Source: Chitinophaga pinensis
Lineage (GTDB): Bacteria > Bacteroidota > Bacteroidia > Chitinophagales > Chitinophagaceae
Direction: 5' to 3'
Assembly: GCA_945872085.1 (NCBI GenBank)
Contig: CAMBYG010000001.1
Coordinates: 34,297 to 98,296, forward strand
Length of the DNA stretch: 64,000 nucleotides
Made by a program: the position numbers and the translations under genes. The notes under the pieces were generated by a model that was not told where the DNA came from, did no database searches, and was given only the letters and a program-made list of their open reading frames with translations. Of this stretch, positions 1 through 10,383 are shown one piece after another. How positions within the stretch are numbered: position 1 is the stretch's first letter; each line of letters starts with the position of its first letter.

Positions 1-1
1 C

Positions 2-1264
2 GGCAATCTTCAGTATGACGTTGTTAGAAATATGATTTTAGAAGAGCGCATAAGATTAGATGGTAGAAAATTAGATGAAGTTCGTCCGTTACATATGGAA
101 ATAGACTTCTTACCATCGCCTCATGGTTCAGCATTATTTACACGTGGCGAAACACAATCGCTTACAACAGTTACATTAGGAACAAGTCAAGATGAGTTAT
201 TAATTGAAAATGCTGCTTCTAGCAATTATGAAAAATTCATTTTACACTATAACTTCCCTGGGTTTTCAACTGGCGAGGTAAAACCTAATCGTGGTCCAGG
301 AAGACGTGAAGTTGGTCATGGTAATTTAGCTAAACGTTCTTTAGCGCAAATGATGCCAAGCAATGACTACCCATATACCGTTCGTGTTGTTTCTGACATT
401 TTAGAATCTAACGGTTCTTCCTCTATGGCAACAGTTTGTGCTGGTTCATTAGCACTTATGGATGCTGGTGTGCCAATGCCAAAACATGTTAGTGGTGTGG
501 CTATGGGATTGATCTCTCGTAGCTCAGATAAGAAATTTGCTATCCTTACCGATATCTTAGGCGATGAAGATCATTTAGGTGATATGGACTTTAAAGTAAC
601 GGGTACTCAACAAGGTATCTGCGGCATCCAAATGGATATTAAAGTAGATGGTTTAAGCATGGAAATCATGTCGCAAGCACTTGAACAAGCTAAACAAGGA
701 AGATTACACATCTTAGAAGCTATGTATGCTTGTACACCAGCACATAGAACAGAACCTAAACCACATGCTCCTAGAATTGAACAAATAGTTATCGATAGAG
801 AATTTATTGGTGCTGTGATTGGCCCAGGTGGTAAAATCATTCAAGAAATTCAACGCGAAACCAATACTACGATCACTATTGAAGAAGTAGACGAAACGGG
901 TGTAGTAAAAATATTCTCTTCTAACAAAGAAAGTATTGAAAAAGCAATGAACTGGGTTAAAGGTATTGTTGCCGTACCTGAAATTGGCGAAGAATACGAT
1001 TCTGTAGTTAAAGGCATTAAAGAATTTGGTGCATTTGTTGAATTCTTACCAGGCAAACAAGGTTTATTACACATCTCAGAAATTAGCTGGTCTAGATTAA
1101 ATTCATTAGATGGTGTGTTGAAAGAAGGTGATAAAATTAGAATTAAACTAATTGGCACCGACCCTAAAACTGGTAAATTTAGATTAAGTCATAAAGTATT
1201 ATTACCTAAACCAGAAGGCTACGTAGAACGCGAAGAACGCAAACCTAATAAACCTACTGAATAA
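2..1264 (+). CDS. pnp: Polynucleotide phosphorylase (PNPase), C-terminal ~420 aa; 5' end lies outside the window
   Basis: The frame is open from the window edge (pos 2, [11 protein letters not shown]...) to the stop at 1262-1264. The translation shows a second RNase PH domain, a KH motif ([13 protein letters not shown]) and an S1 domain ([18 protein letters not shown]). Confidence 0.95.
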   Translation, partial: GNLQYDVVRNMILEERIRLDGRKLDEVRPLHMEIDFLPSPHGSALFTRGETQSLTTVTLGTSQDELLIENAASSNYEKFILHYNFPGFSTGEVKPNRGPGRREVGHGNLAKRSLAQMMPSNDYPYTVRVVSDILESNGSSSMATVCAGSLALMDAGVPMPKHVSGVAMGLISRSSDKKFAILTDILGDEDHLGDMDFKVTGTQQGICGIQMDIKVDGLSMEIMSQALEQAKQGRLHILEAMYACTPAHRTEPKPHAPRIEQIVIDREFIGAVIGPGGKIIQEIQRETNTTITIEEVDETGVVKIFSSNKESIEKAMNWVKGIVAVPEIGEEYDSVVKGIKEFGAFVEFLPGKQGLLHISEISWSRLNSLDGVLKEGDKIRIKLIGTDPKTGKFRLSHKVLLPKPEGYVEREERKPNKPTE

Positions 1265-1290
1265 GAATAATTATTAAGAATATATCAGTA

Positions 1291-1321
1291 AAAAGGCTAA
1301 CCTACAGGTTAGCCTTTTTTA
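1291..1321 (+). terminator. Rho-independent terminator after pnp
   Basis: Hairpin AGGCTAACCT / AGGTTAGCCT followed by a T-run. Confidence 0.8.
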
Positions 1322-1390
1322 GTTGTTGTAAAATGCCCCATATTTGAGCATGGGAATAGCTACAATGAGTATAAATTAATCACATAAAAG

Positions 1391-1420
1391 AAAAGGAGTA
1401 GCATACGCTACTCCTTTTCT
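1391..1420 (-). terminator. Terminator hairpin downstream of the OmpA-family gene
   Basis: GGAGTAGC ... GCTACTCC stem flanked by A-run/T-run, 22 nt after the stop at 1442. Confidence 0.7.
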
Positions 1421-1441
1421 TTTATGTATATTGAAATAGGA

Positions 1442-3616
1442 TTAGTTTCCTTGTCCTACTCTACTTCCTTTTTTATATTCTGAATCGCCACCTTCTGGAA
1501 TATCAGCTTCGTTGTTTTCAACATTTAAACTTTGTTGCTCAATATTACCTGGTTTGCTGCTATCAAAAATTAAACGCTTAGTTGGTATATCTGCAGTAAT
1601 TTTAAACTCTGTTCTTCTATTTGCTTGGCGTCCTTTAGGATTATCTTTACCATTAATAGAATTAGGTGCAATTGGATTTTGTTTACCCATTCCTTTTGCA
1701 GCCATTCTAGAGCGATCTACTCCTCTTTCTGATAAATAATCTAATACCGACTGCGCTCTTTTTTGAGATAAATCTGCATTATATTGATCATCTCCTTTAG
1801 AATCAGTAAAAGAATTAATTTCTACTGTTAATGAAGGATTGTCTTTCATGAAACCAATTAAAGAATCTAAAGAAGCAACAGATTCTGCTCTTAATTCAGA
1901 TTTATCATAATCATATAATATGTTGCTTACACGGAATCGATAATCGATAGTGATTGAATCCATATAAATAGTAACTGTATCACGATGATCTGGATCTGTT
2001 CTTTTAGTATTTAAAGTGCTAATATCTACATGTGAAGAAGTAAACTCTAATTTGTCACCTGTAAAAACATAAGCATGACCTCTAGAAATATTGAATAGGA
2101 ATTTGCCATCAGTTGAATTAAATGTTGTCAATTCGCCAGACTCATCTACCATTTTAACAACAACTGAAGGAATTAATTCATTTGTTTTCTTATTTACTAC
2201 TTTACCATACACCCCTAATTTAGGTTCGTATTGAATTCTATAGATATCATCGCAACACGTAGGATTTTTCAATGCCATAGAACCTATTCTGTTAGATACT
2301 ACATAAGCATCTGGTTTACCTACTGGATCTTTAATGAAATAAATTTCATCTGCAGCAGTATTAATTGGATAACCTAAATTTCTTACATTATTATATCGAG
2401 AAGGGCCACCATCTGCTGAGAATACGTCAAATCCACCAAAATTTGGCAATCCATTAGAAGCGAAGTACAATTTGTTTTCTTTACTATTATAGTAAGGTGT
2501 TACCTCGTCTTGTTCTGTATTGATTTGTTTACCAGCATTTTGTGGTCTACGATAACGTTTACTTGCTGTATCGTATACCGAATACCAAATATCATATCCA
2601 CCTCTACTTTGTAATCTTCTGTTTGAAGAGAAATATAAAATTTCCTTTTTACCAACTAATGCAATGAATGGTTGAGAATTAGAACTTGTGTCATTTACAC
2701 CACCTTCATCTACAATTTGTGGTCTTGACCAATGTGCATTTCTAAATTCAGAAACATATATTTTACACATAAATTTCATAGAATCTAACTGCTCACATTT
2801 AGAAAAGTAAAAACGATCACCACCTGGGCTAAAGCAAGGATTACTTACTTGTTGCACTGGAGAATTGAAATTACCATCTTTAAATAACAAAGCCCATTGA
2901 AAAGAATCTGCTTCGTTAATATATTTTTGTTTTTGAGACACCATAAGGTGCATCATAAACTCTTCGCGTTTTCTTTTATCGTAATCAAATACTTCGTTTC
3001 TGCCCGTTGTTGCAAATAACAATGCCGTATCGCCTAATGGATAAGGAGCAGCTTCTGAATATGAAGTATTTACATTCGGACCAGCATTCTTAACTGTTAA
3101 TGCTTCTGGAATTTTCATTGAAGCCATGGCTAAATTACAACCATCTATTTCACGCAACGCTCTTTTCTTTAATTTTTTGAAGGTTTTTGGATTATCCTTC
3201 ATAAATTGATTAAACAAATTTATTGCTGTAGGATAATCACCTTGTTGTTTAGTATTGATAGCATACAAGAAAAGCGCTTCTGGATATAACTTAGGCGCCA
3301 AACTATAGGCAATTCCATAATATCTAGCAGCATTTACATAGTCTCTTGTTTCTACATAACATTCTGCCAATTGGTAATTTAGATATGGATTACGCTCTTG
3401 TTCTTGTTGCAATTGTAAATAATACTCAATAGCATTGAAATAACTACCTTGTTTGAAGAAAAAGTCTGCTTCACGCAATTTCTTATAATAGGGCAATTTA
3501 GCAATGGGATCATTTGCTTTATTGCGATACTTTTCTTTTAAAGATTGCGCATTAGCATCATTAGATGCAAAAACGATGATGGTTGCTAATACCGAAAGTA
3601 GCCATATTTTCCTCAT
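1442..3616 (-). CDS. OmpA-family peptidoglycan-binding protein with N-terminal TPR-like and central PD40/TolB-like beta-propeller repeats
   Basis: Signal peptide MRKIWLLSVLATIIVFASNDANAQ. TPR-like Y/A-rich repeats. PD40-type repeats (YFSSNR..GGYDIWYS, YFASNG..GGFDVFS). C-terminal OmpA domain (FTDSKGDDQYNADLSQKRAQSV...NRRTEFKI). Confidence 0.85.
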   Translation of the reverse strand: MRKIWLLSVLATIIVFASNDANAQSLKEKYRNKANDPIAKLPYYKKLREADFFFKQGSYFNAIEYYLQLQQEQERNPYLNYQLAECYVETRDYVNAARYYGIAYSLAPKLYPEALFLYAINTKQQGDYPTAINLFNQFMKDNPKTFKKLKKRALREIDGCNLAMASMKIPEALTVKNAGPNVNTSYSEAAPYPLGDTALLFATTGRNEVFDYDKRKREEFMMHLMVSQKQKYINEADSFQWALLFKDGNFNSPVQQVSNPCFSPGGDRFYFSKCEQLDSMKFMCKIYVSEFRNAHWSRPQIVDEGGVNDTSSNSQPFIALVGKKEILYFSSNRRLQSRGGYDIWYSVYDTASKRYRRPQNAGKQINTEQDEVTPYYNSKENKLYFASNGLPNFGGFDVFSADGGPSRYNNVRNLGYPINTAADEIYFIKDPVGKPDAYVVSNRIGSMALKNPTCCDDIYRIQYEPKLGVYGKVVNKKTNELIPSVVVKMVDESGELTTFNSTDGKFLFNISRGHAYVFTGDKLEFTSSHVDISTLNTKRTDPDHRDTVTIYMDSITIDYRFRVSNILYDYDKSELRAESVASLDSLIGFMKDNPSLTVEINSFTDSKGDDQYNADLSQKRAQSVLDYLSERGVDRSRMAAKGMGKQNPIAPNSINGKDNPKGRQANRRTEFKITADIPTKRLIFDSSKPGNIEQQSLNVENNEADIPEGGDSEYKKGSRVGQGN

Positions 3617-3697
3617 GTATTCGAGCTTTATTAATGGGTATAAAGTTATAAATTGATTTAGATAAAAGAAACTTTTTAGTTCCTTTTTTTAAAAATA

Positions 3698-4753
3698 TTA
3701 AAATCTAGCGCACGGATAAACTAATCTACGAGCAAAATCTAGAGGATTAGGCGCGATAAAGGTTGCACTAATTTCAAATCCTCCATTTCCGTTTGATGCA
3801 GATTTTAATTTTGAGGTATTATAATCATAACTAACGCCCAATCGAGTGCCATTAAAATCAATACCAAAGGTAAATAATGCTGCATCATCCAATCTGTAAT
3901 AAGTTCCTAAAAATAATGCTTTTGCAATGGAATGAAATTCTGGATTACCCATAATCATATGAAACTCGTTACCTACAACTATTTCAGTTGCAGTTGATTG
4001 ACTTTGGAATAATGCTGTAGGACGCAAACTGAATTTTTCACCAACTTGCCAAATAGCACCAAATTGTCCGGTAAAACGCATACCCAAACCTACTTCGCTA
4101 TTTTTCTTAGTAATAAATGATTCTTGAGGTTGGTTGATATTATTAGCTCCAACACCTAAAGTGTATGAAAAACGATCAGATGCGCGGTGCGAAAAGGAAA
4201 TACCTGTATTTACTGTATAATAAGAAATTTTTGTACCCAAAAAAGGATATTCTTGAGAAGTACCTGGCTGAAATCCACCATTCAAAAACTCGTCAGGGAA
4301 ATATAATTTAGATAAATCGAAACTCTTTTGAGAATAACCTGCTTGCATACCCACACTTAACACTTTGTTTTGGCTAGCACCTAAAAATTTATGATAGGCA
4401 ACGGATAACAAACCGGTAAAATTGGTAAGGTTACCATCACCCGCAACGTCATTATAAAACTGAGCACCAAAAGCAAGATAATCGTCTGTACTGATATCTT
4501 GAATTAAAGGCGCATCAATTGACACCGCAATTGTTTTGAACGGAACGGTTACACTTGCCCATTGATTTCTATAAATCGCTGAAGCTCTAAAAAGCCCGTT
4601 ATTATTACCTGTAAAAGCAGGATTGATCAACAAAGGAGTTGCTGTAAATTGAGTAAAATGAACATCTTGTGCAATTGCAGATGCCGAACTTGTTGCTAGC
4701 ACTAATGCTACTGCAACTTTTTTAATTGAATTTTTATTAATCATAAAATTCAT
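3698..4753 (-). CDS. PorP/SprF-family type IX secretion system outer-membrane protein
   Basis: Signal peptide, then the QDVHFTQF...NPAFTG N-terminal motif typical of PorP/SprF. Beta-barrel-like alternating pattern with a terminal aromatic residue (..ARF). Lies 7 nt downstream of a type B CTD cargo gene. Confidence 0.85.
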   Translation of the reverse strand: MNFMINKNSIKKVAVALVLATSSASAIAQDVHFTQFTATPLLINPAFTGNNNGLFRASAIYRNQWASVTVPFKTIAVSIDAPLIQDISTDDYLAFGAQFYNDVAGDGNLTNFTGLLSVAYHKFLGASQNKVLSVGMQAGYSQKSFDLSKLYFPDEFLNGGFQPGTSQEYPFLGTKISYYTVNTGISFSHRASDRFSYTLGVGANNINQPQESFITKKNSEVGLGMRFTGQFGAIWQVGEKFSLRPTALFQSQSTATEIVVGNEFHMIMGNPEFHSIAKALFLGTYYRLDDAALFTFGIDFNGTRLGVSYDYNTSKLKSASNGNGGFEISATFIAPNPLDFARRLVYPCARF

Positions 4754-4760
4754 ATTGTAA

Positions 4761-7631
4761 TTATCTAATTAATGTAATATTACCTTGTTTATAAAATCTT
4801 TTTCCTAGATACGTATTTGCTTCTACCATGTAAATGTAAACACCCATAGGTTGTGGTACTCCATTTTTTGTGCCATCCCAAGCATCTTCCAACTTGGATG
4901 TTTCGAAAACAAGCTCTCCCCAACGGTTGAAAATACGGAAATTTTTCAAACTTACAATACCTCTATACACAATTTTTATTTTTGCATTCGGATCTGAACC
5001 CGGTGTAAAAGCATTAGGGAAGTCTATAGCGGAGTCGTCGTGTACAATCACATCTAAGGTGTCTATTGCTACACAACCCGCTTCTGTTTTGGCATTAACT
5101 ATATATTTGGTACTTGCAGATGGACTAATAATTGGATTAGAAACTAAATGGCTACTTAATCCAAGTAAAGGAAACCAATCAAAATATAAACAATTCCCAA
5201 TTGGATTAACGGTTGTAGATTCTCCTGGATAAATGTGCACGGAGTCTTTCAGGTCAAAAACAGCTTTCGGATTTACTGTTAATTTTGAAGTCAACGTATC
5301 TCTACATCCTGTAATATCGGTAACCAAAACGGAATATGCAATTGAAGTTGGAGGATGACTTACCGGATTTGCCACATCGGTAGCACTTAAATAAGCACCT
5401 GGAGTCCAATCATATAAAACACCTCCGGTGATATTATATGCTACACTGTCGCCAGGGCAAATAGACGGATCAACTGGACTAATACTAGCGAAATTACCTG
5501 GATTCACCGTTAATTGTACATCATCTGACCCTGTACATCCAGCTGGAGTAGTAACTACCAATTGTAAACTTGTAGTTGCCTCTCCATTGAATATTATATT
5601 TGCGGCATTAGGTATATTTACACCGGTAGTAGGTGTCCAGGAATAGGTGTAATTTGGATACCAATTTGGGGTCACAATTCCTTGGATTTGCAATGTATCC
5701 CATTGGCATTTAATTCTATCCGGACCAACATATACTATTGGATTGGGCTGTACGTCTATTTTAATGGTTTTTACCATGTTTGGACAGCCTGGGAAACTAG
5801 CCGTAATGGTATAGGTTCTTGTTGTATCAGGCGTTATGGTTGGCGCAATAATTAGTGGATTAGACACATTGGTAGATGGGGTCCAAAGATATGCAAACGC
5901 TGTATCTCCTGCGGCATTAATTTGTACGGTGGCCCCTTTACATATTGCCGTATCATTATTAAATAATGAAAAATCGTTAGGCAAAACTCTCACTTTTACG
6001 GTGTCATATCCTTCACAACCTAAAATGCCATTTTCTGCTCTAATAATATATGTGGTATTGCCAGTAGCGTTACAAACAGGATTCAAGATTGTGCTTGATG
6101 ATAAGCCCGTTGAAGGAAACCATGTAAATACATAGTTAGGGTCGGGAGGCGAAATGGTTGGATTGAATTGTATAGGATTGCCTAAACAAAAAGCCCTATC
6201 CGGCCCTGCATTAATACTCGCAGGTGGCTTTACCGTTATAGTGATATAGCGAATGGCAGGTGCAGCACCACTACCTGGGTAGGTGGCAGTTAACTTATAG
6301 GTTGTAGTTGTTAATGGGATGGCTGTCGGCTCTTTAATATTCGGATTATTGAGACCTAATGCTGGCGTCCAAGTATAACTCAAAAGAGAATCCCCATCTA
6401 CTCGAATGTTCACAGGTGAGTTTTTGCAAATTAACGTATCTGGAGTAAGAATTATCGCGTAAATGGAATCTAAAATCAAGATGCTAGCGCTATCAATAAT
6501 ATTTCCGTTGATACCACAATTATAGGGTGCTAAAATAAGCAATTTCACCGTTCTTGGTCCTGTAGGAGGAACAGCAGGTAGTGGAAAAATATTCACAAAA
6601 GCAACCGTATCATTTGCAGGAATAATTACACTATCTGTAATCTGAGTGTAGTCTGTACCATTTATTGCGGTACCTGCAATTAAATATTTAATCGTTAAAG
6701 GAGTAGGTTTTAATGCTGGTCTTTTAAATTTAAACTGACCTGGCAAACCTCCTCTTACACAATAAGGCGTTGGCAAAGAAAGTCCGCCACCACCAACAGA
6801 GGAAACAGAAATAGCGTTGGATGTAAGGCTACCCGCTTTTAAAAATACGCCAGAATCTAAGATGTAATCCGAAGCATCAGAAATCGCTAATTTTAAATGA
6901 TAGGTGGTGCAAGGCGTAACTGCTGATATAGCCGAAAGCACCGTTGTAAAACCATTGTAAGTAACCGATGTGCCACTATTAGTAACATAATATTGTGTAT
7001 AGGGGCCATTTCCTAATGTGTTTACATAACAAGGATTGGATGGTGATGCCGTATATCCAGAGCCATTATTAATAGTACTAATTGCTACTGGCACCGTTGT
7101 GCCGGGCACTAAGGCAATATTTTTTTGGCCTACAATTCCTGGTCCAGAAATAAAGAAGGCAAACATATCATTGATAGAACAATTATATGTAGTGTACTCA
7201 TCAGAGCCAAATACATAGTCAAATTTAATAGTATCTCCTGCTGGTTGGAAATCAAATTCTAGCACACACGCATCATTAGATGCCTGACCCGCTAATGCTG
7301 CTAATTGTGGATCTCCTGCAGCACCATTAGTATTGCTTGCGAATAATGTACCCGCTCCATTTGCTCCAATTAAGGTACCCACCGTCTGCGCTCTCCCAGA
7401 TGTAAGAATTATACCACTATCCAACCCTAAATTACTAGCTACCGTATAAAATATACCGTTGGCTACAGTAGGGCAAGTCAATGTAGGGTTTGTAACAACT
7501 ACACCATTACCGGTAAGCATTTGTGCAAGTTGAGACGCCGTTTGACTTGGTGTTATATTGATTTGCGCTTGCGATGATAAAGCTATCATAGCAAAGCAAG
7601 CCATTAATTTTATTCTCACATACAATTTCAT
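4761..7631 (-). CDS. T9SS type B cargo: choice-of-anchor-L-like N-domain, Calx-beta-like segment, six ~80-aa repeats, gliding-motility-associated C-terminal domain
   Basis: Signal peptide ..SSQAQ. N-terminal region with GIILTSG/SGPGIVG motifs. GTAINGTDY (Calx-beta-like). Six modules, each carrying W(T/F)P..G(L/V). C-terminus FPNAFTPG...IFNRWGELVFE...WDGT...GVYIY...GNITLIR matches the type B (CHU_C/TIGR04131-like) sorting domain. Confidence 0.85.
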   Translation of the reverse strand: MKLYVRIKLMACFAMIALSSQAQINITPSQTASQLAQMLTGNGVVVTNPTLTCPTVANGIFYTVASNLGLDSGIILTSGRAQTVGTLIGANGAGTLFASNTNGAAGDPQLAALAGQASNDACVLEFDFQPAGDTIKFDYVFGSDEYTTYNCSINDMFAFFISGPGIVGQKNIALVPGTTVPVAISTINNGSGYTASPSNPCYVNTLGNGPYTQYYVTNSGTSVTYNGFTTVLSAISAVTPCTTYHLKLAISDASDYILDSGVFLKAGSLTSNAISVSSVGGGGLSLPTPYCVRGGLPGQFKFKRPALKPTPLTIKYLIAGTAINGTDYTQITDSVIIPANDTVAFVNIFPLPAVPPTGPRTVKLLILAPYNCGINGNIIDSASILILDSIYAIILTPDTLICKNSPVNIRVDGDSLLSYTWTPALGLNNPNIKEPTAIPLTTTTYKLTATYPGSGAAPAIRYITITVKPPASINAGPDRAFCLGNPIQFNPTISPPDPNYVFTWFPSTGLSSSTILNPVCNATGNTTYIIRAENGILGCEGYDTVKVRVLPNDFSLFNNDTAICKGATVQINAAGDTAFAYLWTPSTNVSNPLIIAPTITPDTTRTYTITASFPGCPNMVKTIKIDVQPNPIVYVGPDRIKCQWDTLQIQGIVTPNWYPNYTYSWTPTTGVNIPNAANIIFNGEATTSLQLVVTTPAGCTGSDDVQLTVNPGNFASISPVDPSICPGDSVAYNITGGVLYDWTPGAYLSATDVANPVSHPPTSIAYSVLVTDITGCRDTLTSKLTVNPKAVFDLKDSVHIYPGESTTVNPIGNCLYFDWFPLLGLSSHLVSNPIISPSASTKYIVNAKTEAGCVAIDTLDVIVHDDSAIDFPNAFTPGSDPNAKIKIVYRGIVSLKNFRIFNRWGELVFETSKLEDAWDGTKNGVPQPMGVYIYMVEANTYLGKRFYKQGNITLIR

Positions 7632-7769
7632 ACTAAATTTTACTTAATATTATTAGACCACATTTTTTGTAATATGGTTTGAAAAAATATTATCAAATAT
7701 ACATTTTTATGGGTTTATTTCTGCTATTTTTACTTTCAATTTCATTTTTTTATTCGAATACCCTTTTAC

Positions 7770-10346
7770 ATGGCTGCCCAATTAAATAAAAGTAAATCCA
7801 AACAAACAAAATCAAAAGAAGGCAATTCCTCTAATGGCATTACCATGCTCAAAATTAGAATGGGCCTTAGCATTACCTTTATTCTTATAGGTATTATCAA
7901 TACGCTTGCTATAATAAGTTACTTTTTCACTTGGAAACAAGATAGCAATCTGGTGAGAAACAATACTGGGTTTTGGAATTTTCTATTCAATGAAACAACA
8001 CCTGTTGCAAACTGGTGCGGCAAAGCAGGTGCATGGGTAGCACATGAATTAGTATTCAATATGGCTGGGATTGCCGCGCTCACCATTAGCTTGTTTTTAG
8101 TACACTTGGGCATTGCCTTTATAAATTACAAACGCTTTAAAGATACGCTGAAGCTTATTCGATGGATGAGTTATACTTTATTGTTCATAGCACCTACCTT
8201 AACCTATATTGGTAGCCTTAGCCATAGCGCTTTCCCATGGGGTGGTGCATGGGGCAATAGTATTATTAGCCATTTAAACTTAGCAGCAGGTAGCTTAGGA
8301 ACCGGCTTGATCTTATTTGCCATTCTTTGCATGTTATGCTTTATTGTTTTCTCTCTTGATATAAAACCTTTTTTAGCCAGTCTCAGTGCAAGTAAAAACC
8401 AATTAAGTGAATTATTCAAAAAAGAAACTCATCCTTTAGAAAATCCTGAGGCCCTTATAGATGAGGATGAACAAGAAGAGGATGAGCAAGCTATTGAAAC
8501 AGATTCTAAATTATTTGTTGACGACAGCATCTTACAACAAAAATTAAGAGGCGATGATGAGGAAGATGATTTTAATAAAGATGGAGAACCCATCATTATC
8601 TCTCAAACAAATTATATTCAAGGGCAAGAAGTAAGTGATGAAGAATTAGCTCTTGAAAAAGATTTAGAAGATCAAGAAATAACATTAATTACGGAAGCAG
8701 AACCTACTACTATTGATAGGGCAATGGAAAATAAAGTAGTTGCTGAAGTAATTCCAGATTTAACATTTGAGGTAATAAAAAAACAGGAAGAAGCTAGCAT
8801 ACCTGCACATGGCGCACATATAAGCATTGCCGACAAAGAACCGTATGCACCTGAATTAGATTTGCCTAATTACAAATTTCCAACACTTGATCTTTTAAAA
8901 GAAAGAAGCACTACAGAAATTTCAGTTGACAAAGAAGAGTTAGAAAAAAATAAAAATCAAATCATCCAAACACTTAAAAGTTTTGGAATAGAAATACAAC
9001 GCATTAGTGCAACGGTTGGCCCCACAGTTACCTTATATGAAATAGTACCTGCCGAAGGGGTTCGTATTTCTAAAATTAGAAATTTAGAAGATGACATTGC
9101 GCTTAACTTAGCCGCTTTGGGCATTCGTATTATTGCACCTATTCCTGGTCGGGGCACTATCGGCATTGAGGTGCCTAATATGAATAAGCAAATGGTATCG
9201 ATGCGTACCTTGTTAAGTAGCGAAAAATTCATTAATAGTAAAATGAGTTTACCTATTGCCTTAGGTAAGAAAATTGATAATGAAAATTATATTCTTGACC
9301 TCGCTACCCTACCCCATTTGTTAATGGCAGGAGCTACCGGCCAAGGTAAATCTGTTGGTATCAATGCTATTTTGGTATCCTTATTATACAAGAAACATCC
9401 ATCTCAGTTAAAGTTTGTTTTGATTGATCCTAAAAAGGTAGAGTTATCTATTTATAGAACTATAGAAAAACATTTTTTAGCCAAATTACCTAATGAAGAA
9501 GAAGCGATTATCACTGATACTAAAAAAGTAGTTTATACAATCAATGCCCTATGCATTGAAATGGATAATCGATATGAGTTACTTAAAGAAGCGGGTGCTA
9601 GAAACATCAAAGAATACAATGAGAAATTTATTAGCCGTTCGTTAAACCCTCAAAATGGGCATCGCTATTTACCTTTTATAGTTTTAGTAATTGACGAGTT
9701 TGCCGATTTAATTATGACTGCTGGCAAAGAAGTAGAAATGCCTATTGCACGATTAGCACAATTGGCGCGTGCTATTGGTATACATTTAATCATTGCCACA
9801 CAGCGCCCGTCCGTAAATGTTATTACGGGTATTATTAAAGCCAACTTCCCTGGTCGTATTGCCTTTAAAGTATCTGCAAAAGTAGATTCTAGAACCATTC
9901 TCGATACTGGCGGTGCAGAGCAGCTCATTGGTAGTGGCGATATGCTTGTATCACACGGATCGGAACTATTGCGCTTACAATGTGCCTTTGTTGACACTAA
10001 TGAAGTAGAAAAAATTGTAGATTTCATTGGCTCACAAAGAGGCTATCCTAGCGCCTTTGAATTGCCAGAATATGAGGGTGAAGAAGGTAGTGCAGATGGC
10101 AAAAGTGTAGACTTACAAAATAGAGATAAATTATTTGAAGACTGTGCTCGCTTAGTGGTTCAAACGCAATCTGGATCAACTTCAAATTTGCAACGCAAGT
10201 TTAATTTAGGCTATAACAGAGCTGGTCGTATAATGGATCAATTAGAAGCGGCGGGTATTGTTGGTCCGGCTATGGGTAGCAAACCACGCGATGTTTATTT
10301 CAAAACCGATATGGAAGTAGAACAGTTTTTATCCTCGTTACTTTAA
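7770..10346 (+). CDS. ftsK: DNA translocase FtsK/SpoIIIE
   Basis: N-terminal TM segments, acidic linker, Walker A GATGQGKS, Walker B VIDEFADL, C-terminal gamma winged-helix (LQRKFNLGYNRAGRIMDQLE). Confidence 0.95.
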   Translation: MAAQLNKSKSKQTKSKEGNSSNGITMLKIRMGLSITFILIGIINTLAIISYFFTWKQDSNLVRNNTGFWNFLFNETTPVANWCGKAGAWVAHELVFNMAGIAALTISLFLVHLGIAFINYKRFKDTLKLIRWMSYTLLFIAPTLTYIGSLSHSAFPWGGAWGNSIISHLNLAAGSLGTGLILFAILCMLCFIVFSLDIKPFLASLSASKNQLSELFKKETHPLENPEALIDEDEQEEDEQAIETDSKLFVDDSILQQKLRGDDEEDDFNKDGEPIIISQTNYIQGQEVSDEELALEKDLEDQEITLITEAEPTTIDRAMENKVVAEVIPDLTFEVIKKQEEASIPAHGAHISIADKEPYAPELDLPNYKFPTLDLLKERSTTEISVDKEELEKNKNQIIQTLKSFGIEIQRISATVGPTVTLYEIVPAEGVRISKIRNLEDDIALNLAALGIRIIAPIPGRGTIGIEVPNMNKQMVSMRTLLSSEKFINSKMSLPIALGKKIDNENYILDLATLPHLLMAGATGQGKSVGINAILVSLLYKKHPSQLKFVLIDPKKVELSIYRTIEKHFLAKLPNEEEAIITDTKKVVYTINALCIEMDNRYELLKEAGARNIKEYNEKFISRSLNPQNGHRYLPFIVLVIDEFADLIMTAGKEVEMPIARLAQLARAIGIHLIIATQRPSVNVITGIIKANFPGRIAFKVSAKVDSRTILDTGGAEQLIGSGDMLVSHGSELLRLQCAFVDTNEVEKIVDFIGSQRGYPSAFELPEYEGEEGSADGKSVDLQNRDKLFEDCARLVVQTQSGSTSNLQRKFNLGYNRAGRIMDQLEAAGIVGPAMGSKPRDVYFKTDMEVEQFLSSLL

Positions 10347-10383
10347 TCTATCTTTACATCTATTATTTATAAAACATAAACGA

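Noticed and set aside
4870-7218. Several 60-120-aa plus-strand ORFs (4870-5232, 5428-5646, 5836-6135, 7036-7218).
   Set aside because: They are antisense to the 956-aa T9SS cargo gene and look like shadow frames.
9665-10027. 120-aa minus-strand ORF inside ftsK (also 7919-8113, 8204-8419 and 8957-9232).
   Set aside because: They are antisense to the conserved FtsK motor domain and have shadow-frame composition.
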